A stretch of 23,646 nucleotides of DNA from Octopus sinensis (lineage: Eukaryota): positions 1 to 23,646 of the forward strand of contig NW_021836575.1 of the NCBI RefSeq assembly GCF_006345805.1, given 5' to 3'. Under the pieces are notes generated by a model. It was not told where the DNA came from. It was given only the letters and a program-made list of their open reading frames with translations, and ran no database searches. A program made the translations under genes and the position numbers. Positions 10,057 through 18,705 of this stretch are shown piece by piece (the first letter of the stretch is position 1; each line of letters opens with the position of its first letter).

Positions 10057-10246
10057 ATATAACAATTTAGGAATGGCCTAAACAGGCCATTCGTCCACCA
10101 GAAAGAGCAGCCAGAACTCAAACCGCCAAGTAGTGCAATTCGGAATTTTCACCTTATTTCCGAATTGCACTACTTGGCGGTTTGAGTTCTGGCTGCTCTT
10201 TCTGGTGGACGAATGGCCTGTTTAGGCCATTCCTAAATTGTTATAT
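10057..10246. repeat. Perfect inverted repeat, 89-bp arms, 12-nt loop
   Basis: 10057-10145 is the exact reverse complement of 10158-10246 (checked base by base). Confidence 0.95.
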
Positions 10247-10370
10247 TTATATATATTTAGTCTTTGACTATTTTCTCTTTTCCACTAGGCCGCTGGTAGC
10301 GATAAATTTTTACTGAATTTTTTGCTACCCTAAATTGAAAAAATATATATATATATATATATAAAAATAT

Positions 10371-10426
10371 ATGCATACATACAAACATATATGTACGTAC
10401 CTACATCTACATGTATATATACATGC

Positions 10427-10433
<7 letters not shown>
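10371..10433 (+). repeat. Short diverged fragment of the start of the 855-bp unit
   Basis: AAACATATATGTACGTACCTAC.TCTACATGTA matches ~5497-5530. Confidence 0.6.
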
Positions 10434-10483
<50 letters not shown>

Positions 10484-10579
10484 GAGGGGGAAAGAATAGC
10501 TTTACATTAAGGTGTAGTGAAATCTGAATTTTCCTATGTGTCAGATTGAGAATTTAACGTCCTTTTGTCATCCACTCAG

Positions 10580-10594
10580 ACCAATGAAAATCAG
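10580..10594 (+). CDS. Speculative 15-nt micro-exon (TNENQ, phase 0-0)
   Basis: TTTAAC branch-like motif, acceptor CCTTTTGTCATCCACTCAG|, donor CAG|GTAAAA; could be chance. Confidence 0.2.
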
Positions 10595-10800
10595 GTAAAA
10601 TTTTGTGATAGAATCCATGTTCATTTTTATCAGAAAGCACCCACCCCCACCTTCCATATCTACTTAACTAAGGGAGGGTTGATAGCACAACTGTATACCT
10701 TGATGGAATGTTTGACTGAAATTTTTTAATCACAAAGAGCTTAAGATGTGTTTCCTCTTGATTACGAATACCTTATAAATCCCTTTTTGTTTTGATATAT

Positions 10801-11103
10801 CTCGGGCAAGTGTCTTCTATTTCCTCGGACTCACTAAGGCCTTGCGAATGGATCTGGTAGATGGAAACTGAATGGAAGCCCAGTGTACGTGTGTGTGTGT
10901 GCGTGTGCGTGTGTTTGCGTTTGTGTCCTATCACCGTTTGACAACAGGTGTTGGTGTGTTTATGTCCTGGTTTTGCGAAAAAGGCCGATAGAATAAATAT
11001 AAGGCTTAAAAAAAAAAGTCCTGGAATCGATTCGTTCGACTAAAACACTTCAAGGCGGTGCCCCAGTATGGTCGCAGTCGAATGACTGAAACATGTAAAA
11101 GAT
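10801..11103 (+). mobile_element. Old 5'-truncated SINE-A
   Basis: Starts in the CORE-like part (GGGCAAGTGTCTTCTA), then GT tract and diverged tail. Confidence 0.75.
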
Positions 11104-11365
11104 ATATGATACCCATGACATTTACGACAGACACACAGACTCGGTAGTTGTTATTATATTCATAACATCTTTGATGTTACAGTTTCTGCTAATGATGTTA
11201 GAAGGAATGGTTTGTTTGTTTTTTAATTAAAAAGACAAAGACAAAATGGTAATGAAAAGAAATAAAAATGAAGGCAGAATGTTATATATTTGAAGCATAG
11301 TACTTATTATATTGGTTATTTCTGTTGAACTGCTATGTCAAGGTGACATAAACACACCATTGTCA

Positions 11366-12194
11366 GATATCTTTTCGGTTTGAACGTTAGTTTTTTAAAA
11401 TAATTTCTAGGTATATATAAAGTGGCTGTGTGGTAAGTAGCTTGCTAACCAACCACATGGTTCCGGGTTCAGTCCCACTGCGTGGCATCTTGGGCAAGTG
11501 TCTTCTGCTATAGCCACGGGCCGACCAATGCCTTGTGAGTGGATTTGGTAGACGGAAACTGAAAGAAGCCTGTCGTATATATGTATATATGTATAAGCGT
11601 GTGTGTATATGTTTGTGTGTCTGTGTTTGTCCCCCTAGCATTGCTTGACAACCGATGCTGGTATGTTTACGTCCCCGTTACTGAGCGTTTCGGCAAAAGA
11701 GACCGATAGAATAAGTACTGGGCTTACAAAGAATAAGTCCCGGGGTCGATATGCTCGACTAAAGGCGGTGCTCCAGCATGGCCGCAGTCAAACGACTGAA
11801 ACAAGTAAAAGGGTAAAAGAGTAGGTAACTAAACACTTTTAAACTTCGTATACTGTTAGAATGTGTTTATAAACCATCTTTTTCTCTTGGCTTTATTGAG
11901 AAAATTCTATAGTTTGTAAGATATTTGTTGTTGTTTTTTTCTTCAATTTCTGCAATTTCAACCAATCAATGACCGTCTATTGAGGTGAAAACATTCTGTG
12001 CCGTATGAATATGTCCCTCGTATAAGAAACAGATTGGGTTTATTTACATTTGTGAAGGAAAAAAGATACCCTTCCCCCCACCCTTAACCGTAAAACAGAT
12101 TGAAATGCAATAGATCGATACTAGGGTCATAATTATGGGTGACAATTTCATATGAAACCGCTCGAAAAAACTGCCGTTCAAACCGAAAAGGTCC
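11366..12194. mobile_element. Merlin-like MITE, copy 1 (interrupted by SINE-A)
   Basis: TIR CTTTTCGGTTTGAACG / CGTTCAAACCGAAAAG; imperfect 8-bp TSD CATTGTCA/AGTTGTCA; homologous to 21222-21632. Confidence 0.75.
11414..11821 (+). mobile_element. SINE-A, near full length
   Basis: 6-bp TSD TAGGTA (11408-11413, 11822-11827); the empty site is visible in the second MITE copy (TTTCTAGGTAGCTAAAC, ~21260). Confidence 0.9.
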
Positions 12195-12327
12195 CAGTTG
12201 TCAAATACTGACACAAAGACACACAGACACACATAAGGCTCCCCCACCCGGTCACTGATAAGAAGGAATGAGGTATTGTTACTTTGCTGTTGATTTATAT
12301 ATATAGTATAAAGTATATAGAATATGT

Positions 12328-12677
12328 GGAGGCGCAATGGCCCAGTGGTTCGGGCAGCGGTCGTAGGATCGCGGTTTCGATTCCCAGACCGGGCGTTGTG
12401 TGTGTTTATTGAGCGAAAACACCTAAAAGCTCCACGAGGCTCCGGCAGGGGGTGGTGGCGACCCCTGCTCTACTCTTTCGCCACAACTTTCTCTCACTCT
12501 TTCTTCTGTTGGCCTGCTCGCTTAGCCAGCGGGGTGGCGTCATTCAAAGGCTAAAACAATGCAAAGCGCATTGTGACCAGCGATGTGTGACCAGCGGGGT
12601 GGCGTCATTCGAAGGCTTCTATTATTTCAAACGCATTGTGACCAGCGATGCTCTGGTCGGTCACGGGATCACGTGAT
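12328..12677 (+). mobile_element. SINE-B, tail type 2 (ends GGTCGGTCAC..GTGAT), with a ~63-bp internal duplication
   Basis: tRNA-like head GGCGCAATGGCCCAGTGGTT...GGTTTCGATTCCC; homologous to 21996-22296. Confidence 0.85.
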
Positions 12678-12748
12678 ATATAATATAAAGCAGTAGACAC
12701 CTTAATGTCACAACAATCTTTCCCTCCCTTCCTCTTATCTGTTACTAT

Positions 12749-13045
12749 CAGTGGTTAGTACAGCGGACTCGCGGTCATAGGATCGCGGTTTCGATTCCCA
12801 GACCGGGCATTGTGAGTGTTTATTGAGAGAAAACACCTAAAAGCTCCACGAGGCTCCGGCACTCTTTCACCACAACTTTCTCTCACTCTTACTTCCTGTT
12901 TCTGTTGTACCTGTATTTCAAAGGGCCGGTCACGCTGAATATCCCCGAGAACTACGTTAAGGGTACACGTTAATTTCACGAGCAGGCTGTTCCGTTGATT
13001 CGGATCAACTGGAACCCTCGTCGTCGTAACTGACGGAGTGCTTCC
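12749..13045 (+). mobile_element. SINE-B, tail type 1, 5'-truncated with three internal deletions
   Basis: Homologous to 13208-13584; possible TSD CTATCA (12745-12750, 13057-13062). Confidence 0.85.
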
Positions 13046-13207
13046 ATCCATCCCTCCTATCACCATTCATAAATATTCCTCTTTCTGTTTAATACGCCTC
13101 TTTAAAATTAGGTCATTCAAGACAACAACATGTTGTTGTCTTGACTGAACTAATTTTAAATAGAAAGGTAGGCGTATTAAACAGAAAGCGGATAGTAATA
13201 GATAAGA

Positions 13208-13584
13208 GGAAGCACTCCGTCGGTTACGACGACGAGGGTTCCGGTTGATCCGATCAACGGAACAGCCTGCTCGTGAAATTAACGTGTAAGTGGCTGAGCA
13301 CTCCACAGACACGTGTACCCTTAACGTAGTTCTCGGGGATTTTCAGCGTGACATAGAGAGTGACAAGGCCGGCCCTTTGAAATACAGGTACAACAGAAAC
13401 AGGAAGTAAGAGTGAGAGAAAGTTGTGGTGAAAGAGTACAGCAGGGATCACCACCATCCCTGCCGGAGCCTCGTGGAGCTTTAGGTGTTTTCGCTCAATA
13501 AACACTCACAACGCCCGGTCTTGGAATCGAAACCGCGATCCTACGACCGCGAGTCCGCTGCCCTAACCACTGGGCCATTGCGCC
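13208..13584 (-). mobile_element. SINE-B, tail type 1, full length
   Basis: tRNA-like head with A and B boxes; 12-bp TSD AGATAAGAGGAA (13200-13211, 13585-13596). Confidence 0.9.
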
Positions 13585-13668
13585 AGATAAGAGGAAGAGA
13601 GGTAAAGGTTGTTGTGACATTAAGGTGTCATATAGACACCTTACGCCTAACATTCACATTCGAAACAG

Positions 13669-13741
13669 AAGTTTGCTGTGTCACGACCTACGGACCAACA
13701 AATTAGAATACTAAAAATATCCGAACTAAAGAAAGCAACAG
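13669..13741 (+). CDS. Candidate internal exon KFAVSRPTDQQIRILKISELKKAT (phase 0-1)
   Basis: CTAAC branch-like motif, weak acceptor AAACAG|, strong donor CAG|GTAAGA; open frame compatible with exon 20728. Confidence 0.3.
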
Positions 13742-14273
13742 GTAAGAAAATTCAGCCTATCTCTACTTGTGTGCCTCACCCCCACTCATTAGGATTTTCT
13801 GAAACCCCTTTTCTCACCCACAGAAAAATTCTTCCTCAACAAATTCTGATATAATCGGAGTTTGTACCATCTGAAGCGTATTTATAGAAAATTTCATTAA
13901 AAATACCCATTTTTCTTGAAGTTATTAGGAAAACAGGAATCCGAAGAAATTTGGGGGAGAGAAAAAAAACAGAAAAGGAAGGAGGAGGGTGCTTAGACCT
14001 GAACTCCACCCTTATGTATAGTTCGTTCTTTTTAACTCTTTTCTTTTTGTTTTTCCTGCTGAAATACAATAACAATTTGTGAATTTATGATTGGACTGGA
14101 TCCCATTTATATAACCATTAGAAATCCCAGGTGAGAAACTCCCCAGACCAGGTTCAAATTGAAGCAATTACTCTGTATTCACACCTGGAAATAGGTAAAT
14201 CGATGATGTTTGTAAATAATAGAAGTATTTAAATCCTTCACCCATTCTGTAGGAATTTAAAATATATAACGTA

Positions 14274-14315
14274 ACTAGCACTAAAGACCCGTCGTTGCCG
14301 GGTCAAAGTGCTAGT
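14274..14315. other. Symmetric Helitron-terminus-like hairpin
   Basis: ACTAGCACT-aaa-GACCCG-tcgttgc-CGGGTC-aa-AGTGCTAGT; hairpin followed by CTAG|T on both strands. Confidence 0.55.
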
Positions 14316-14429
14316 GCATGTATATATGTGTATATATATATATGTACATATTACATGTACATCTATATATATACATCTACACATAAAATACAAAATACAA
14401 AGTTATATCTTGATATCGCTAGTGATAAC

Positions 14430-14765
14430 AATACTCAAAATATATAACGGATTGGAATTGTTAGCCCGTCTCTTGTAATTTCGATCAATTGTATCTTGTC
14501 CTCCCTCTTGTATAGAAGTGTGGCTACAATCCAGCCTACATCTACTTCTGGGGAGAAGGGGCATTTTTAATTTTTTTCCGGCACGTCCTACGTCCCAGAT
14601 ATCATGGTAAAAATAAAATATTTCCACTTTGCAAGTTCGAGTTGAGTACTCCCTTGCACGCTCCGTTGACTCGAACCTTGCTTCTATTGTGGTGAATTTA
14701 CCGCCTCTGATTAAATACCTTTCATAGTCGCACCAAGACACTTTTCGAAGGTGCTTTCCTCCATG
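14430..14765 (-). pseudogene. Degenerate fragment resembling the N-terminus of an L1/Tx1 ORF1 (gag/RRM-like)
   Basis: Splicing frames gives MEESTFEKCL..YLIRGGKFTTIEARFESTERAREYSTRTLQSGNILFLPxYLGRRTCR..KN.P.EVDVGWIVATLL; recognition only, several frameshifts and a stop. Confidence 0.4.
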
Positions 14766-14767
14766 TT

Positions 14768-16656
14768 GTTTTATTATTACCCACAAGGGGCGAACATAGA
14801 TGGGACAATACAATCTGATGATGGGGTCAGACAAACGAATGGGTTTTTACAATAAATCGGATTTAAAAATTTTCATGAATTACAATAAATGGACAGAAAT
14901 CGAATGATGGGACAGACCGGAAGACATTACGGGTGGAGTAGGTGCGGGTTTAGCTCGGACCCCACGAGCCCCGCCTCCCCACTGATACTTTTGGTTGCGC
15001 TTGGTATTACATTTATGTTGTATCTTTCACTCGCAACTTTCGTGCTACATCCTTCCATCGTTCTTCATACACTCTCCTAGTCAGGCATATTCTCTCCAGC
15101 CCTATCTTCCTTTTCAGGTGAAAGATAAAATACTTCATCAAACCAGGGCCGGAGATGAACTTGCCTGACTGTAAAAACCGAGCGTTTGATTTTGAACGGC
15201 TTCGACAAGAAGCCGTTCACCCGAACTACCGAGTCGATGTTATCATAAATTTGGATAATCCACCTGAGGAAGCCAAGGCTCAGCCCGAACTGTGCCAGGG
15301 CAGATACCAGGTAACGATGGTCGACCCTATCAAAAGCTTTAGATTGGTCTAAATGGACCAGTGCCCCACCCTTGCCAGAATCACTATTAAACCCCTCTAT
15401 AGTGTACCGCATTAGATGGAGATTATCCTGAATGGATCTGCCCGAACGGCACATGTCTGTGCCTCTCCGATCAGACCATCCGCGACACGCGCCAATCTTT
15501 TCGATAACACTTTGGCCAAAATCTTCAACTCTGTGTTTAGCAGAGTGATGGGCCTGAAATTATCAATGCACTCCCCCTTGCTCGGGTCCTTTCTGACGAG
15601 AGTCACTACTCCCCGGCGCACAGATCTGGGTATAAGCCCGTTCTGCTGCCAGTTCGCATAGACCTCCGCCAGTAGGTGCCCGAACAAGTCTGGCATACTC
15701 TTATATAACTCATAGGGTAGACCATCCAAACCCGGCGCCTTGCCCGCGCCGCAGTCCGCCATTGCCTCAACCACCTCCTCAGGCGTGATTGGCCTTCACA
15801 GCCCTCCGCATCTCGCCCCGATAAGCGCGGCAGACCGTCGAGTAGGTCCGTAAAGGCCCTCCTCCTATCCAGTCCGCCGCACTCACCGAAAAGCTGAGCG
15901 AAGTGCTCCTGAAAGGCCTCACACATCTCCTCGGGTTCGTTTATCAACTCACCTTGTTGGTTCGTCAAAGATCGAATCGTGGCATCGTTACCATGCTGAG
16001 CTTCCACCACTCGGGCCCATCTCACGGCGTTGATTCCTTCACATCCCATATGACGGATTCTAGCCCTGACAATGCAGCCCATGTGTTTGGCCTCGAGGTG
16101 CTGGTTTAACACCAGTCTCTTGGACGCCACCTGAGCCGCAGAGCCAGTTTTCATGGCTTCCTCTAATTCCTTAACTAGAGTAGTTTCCCTTCTAGCCTCT
16201 CTAGCCACTCTCCTATGCTATATCTAATAGACTCAAACTTGATGGCTCGTTTGAGGGCGTACCACCATTTGTTATTAATGATGGTACCAGATAGTGCCCT
16301 CTGAATTATATTCCTAATCCGGTCTTTGTACTCCTTAATCGCCAAAAGGGACGTATTAAGTTTCCAGTAACCGGATCCTCTATTTTAACCTTATCTATGT
16401 CAAGCTTACAAGTGACCATTTTATGATCACTGTAGCTGATCGGGTAAAACTGTGGACACTTAGCTATTTTACTGTCTACTTTTCTAATTAGTATTCTATC
16501 TAAATATGACCTGGAAGATCCGTCGCTGTTTGACCATGTCCACAATGGAGCGTTCGGAAATTCCAGCCTATAAGGATCTGCTAGCTCAAAGCGGCTTAGC
16601 AGTTCCATGAAGCCACTGTTGCCTTTTCTATCTGGACGCGAGCCAACACAATCGAC
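14768..16656 (-). mobile_element. L1/Tx1-clade LINE, ORF2 pseudogene: APE C-terminus, linker, RT N-half, large deletion, C-terminal ~50 aa, 3' UTR
   Basis: APE motifs WTW..SRSYLDRIL and YSDHK; RT motifs KAPGLDGLP, NFRPITLLNTELKILAK, LDQSKAFDRVDH; frameshifts near 16380, 15790, 15440; RT stops at RSV (~15176) and joins LQSGKFISGPGLMKYFIFHLKRKIGLERICLTRRVYEERWKDVARKLRVKDTT* (stop 15013-15015); tail ends GGGTAATAATAAAA. Confidence 0.92.
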
Positions 16657-16736
16657 CTCGAAAGGATAAAAGGCAAAGTCGACCTCGGCGGAATTTGAAC
16701 TTTCGCCCAGCGTGCTAACGATTCTGCCAACTCGCC
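16651..16736 (-). mobile_element. SINE-C 5' half fused to the LINE
   Basis: GGCGAGTTGGCAGAATCGTTAGC (A box)...GTTCAAATTCC (B box)...CTTTGCCTTTTATCCTTTCGAGGTCGAT. Confidence 0.85.
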
Positions 16737-16942
16737 GTAATTTACAAACTGCGGATGGTATTTGCGAGAAAATTCATCAAAGAATGCCCAGACGGATTTC
16801 TGGTTTAAACACCCTATATCTTTTTATGTTATAGTTCCCTCTCATTTACAAAGACTTTTAGGGACTACGCCGCAAAGTAAACAAAACACAAAATAAATAA
16901 TATTTTTTTACCCAAAGTAAATTATTTTCTTAAACCAAAGTA

Positions 16943-17279
16943 AGGCGTAACTTCGGTATAGGTACCTGTGTAAGTACCGGAACTACCGAATACCTTTCAA
17001 GAAAGTATTTTTTTATATATATGGGGGATTAGGGTTTGTGTTAGGGTTAGGGGTGGGAGAAAAGGGTTTCTGTTAGGCGTAACTTCGGTATAGGTACCCC
17101 TGTAAGTACCTGAAGTACCGAATACATTTCAAGAAAGTATTTTTTTATATATGGGGAGTTAGGGTTTGTGTTAGGGTTAGGGGTGGGAGAAAAGGGTTTC
17201 TGTTAGGCGTAACTTCGGTTTCTGTTATCTTCAGAAATGTGAACAAAGCCACACGTGTACCTATACCGAAGGTTCGCCC
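16943..17279. mobile_element. Non-autonomous element: ~22-bp inverted repeats enclosing 2.1 copies of a ~131-bp G-rich core
   Basis: GGCGTAACTTCGGTATAGGTAC (16944-16965) vs GTACCTATACCGAAGGTTCGCC (~17257-17278); cores start at 16943, 17075, 17205; superfamily unassigned. Confidence 0.65.
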
Positions 17280-17593
17280 CAAAACACAAAGTAAATAATT
17301 TTTTGGCAATTTTTTAAACAAAGTAAATAAAGCACAAAATAAGGATTGACTTACTTCTTAAGGAGTCCCAGACTTTTACAATTTCATAATCACCTAAGTA
17401 TCAGGTCCAATTCAGAGTTTATAATCCAGGTAATTCAGTCCGTAGACGAAAGGGAACAAACTTCTTGGGTTGTTATGTCAGACAACGGCAAGTTAAGTGT
17501 TGTAACTACTTCCTTTTCGAATTCCACGAAACCGCTTATATTCGCACCATGTCAAGATCCTGTTACGAGCTGTTAATTCATACACAGGATAGT

Positions 17594-17891
17594 TCGACTT
17601 TGCCTTTCATCCTTTCGGGGTCAATTAAATAAGTACCATTTACGCACTAGGGTCGATATAATCGACTTAATCTGTGTTTAGTCCCTTGTGGGTAGTAAAG
17701 AAATAGGTATTTCCTCTGTCTTTATGTTCTGAGTTCAAATTCCGCTGAGGTCGACTTTGACTTTCATCCTTCCGGGGTCGATAAATTAAGTACCAGTTAC
17801 GCACTGGGGTCGATGTAATCGACTTAATTTGTTTGTCTGTCCTTGTTTGTCCCCCATGTTTTAGCCCCTTGTGGGTAATAAAATAAATAAA
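17594..17891 (+). mobile_element. Two 5'-truncated SINE-C copies head to tail (17594-17705; 17706-17891)
   Basis: Shared core CTTTCATCCTT.CGGGGTC.AT.AA..AAGTACCA and tail CCCTTGTGGGTA.TAAA. Confidence 0.85.
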
Positions 17892-18034
17892 TACAGCAGT
17901 GAATTTAAATTAATTAATATAATATACAAAATATATAAAATTCAAAATTTAAATTAATTAAATTTAAAGTTAAATTTTAAAAATATTTTAAAATATAATT
18001 TATACTTATAGATTTTATATATATATATATATAT

Positions 18035-18066
<32 letters not shown>

Positions 18067-18157
18067 TATATTTATTTTTATTATTATTATTTTTATTTAT
18101 ATTTTTATTTATATTTTGATTAAAAAATTTTTTAAAATTATGTATATATATATATAT
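17892..18157. repeat. Extreme AT-rich low-complexity tract
   Basis: Almost no G/C; (TA)n and (TTA)n. Confidence 0.9.
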
Positions 18158-18564
18158 TACTCTTTTACTCTTTTACTTGTTTCAGTCATTTGACTGCGGC
18201 CATGCTGGAGCACCACCTTTAATCGAGCAACTCGACACCGGGACTTATTCTTTTGTAAGCCCAGTACTTATTCTATTCTATCGGTCTCTTTTGCCGAACC
18301 GCTAAGTAACAGGGACATAAACACACCAGCATCGGTTGTCAAGCGATGCTAGGGGGACACACAGACAACAAACACCAACACACGCATATATATACATATA
18401 TACGACGGGCTTCTTTCAGTTTCCGTCTACCAAATCCACTCACAAGGCTTTGGTCGGCCCAGGCTATAGTAGAAGACACTTGCCCAAGGTGCCACGCAGT
18501 GGGACTGAACCCGGAACCATGTGGTTGGTAAACAAGCTACTTACCACACAGCCACTCCTGCGGC
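18158..18564 (-). mobile_element. SINE-A, full length
   Basis: Tail TACTCTTTTACTCTTTT through head ...CACTCCTGCG. Confidence 0.9.
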
Positions 18565-18705
18565 TATATATATTTTATATATATTTATATATTTTTTTTT
18601 ATACATATATATAACTATCAAAAAGTATTAATGTACGTTAAATGGTGATGATGATGATGATATTCATGCATTGCCCTTGAATTAAGGTAACAACTAAATT
18701 TGTAA

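Larger units (their letters stand above)
11295..12235 (-). mobile_element. Old SINE-A tail fragment split by the MITE (11295-11365 and 12195-12235)
   Basis: GACATAAACACACCA..TTGTCA on the left continues as GTTGTCAA..GACACAAAGACACAC on the right. Confidence 0.55.
12696..13629. repeat. 934-bp imperfect palindrome centred at 13130/13131
   Basis: Perfect 28-bp central palindrome 13117-13144; inner arms CTTTCTGTTTAATACGCCT / AGGCGTATTAAACAGAAAG; outer arms GACACCTTAATGTCACAACAA / TTGTTGTGACATTAAGGTGTC. Confidence 0.9.

Noticed and set aside
13510-13584. tRNA genes (SINE-B, A, C, D heads)
   Set aside because: A and B boxes are present but there is no complete cloverleaf, and each continues into a SINE body
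14090-14200. Extra exon candidates (CAG|GTGAGA, ATAG|GTAAAT)
   Set aside because: Acceptors are weak and the open frames need a frameshift
15077-16608. Active LINE or domesticated RT gene
   Set aside because: 5'-truncated, at least three frameshifts, and the RT catalytic YADD region is deleted; single indels might be assembly noise but the deletion is not repairable
17017-17195. Interstitial telomere
   Set aside because: Only two TTAGGG units per core, embedded in a transposon-like repeat
17346-17576. 76-aa ORF in non-repetitive sequence with donor CAG|GTAATT
   Set aside because: No acceptor/frame combination fits the phase-1 exon chain without a stop
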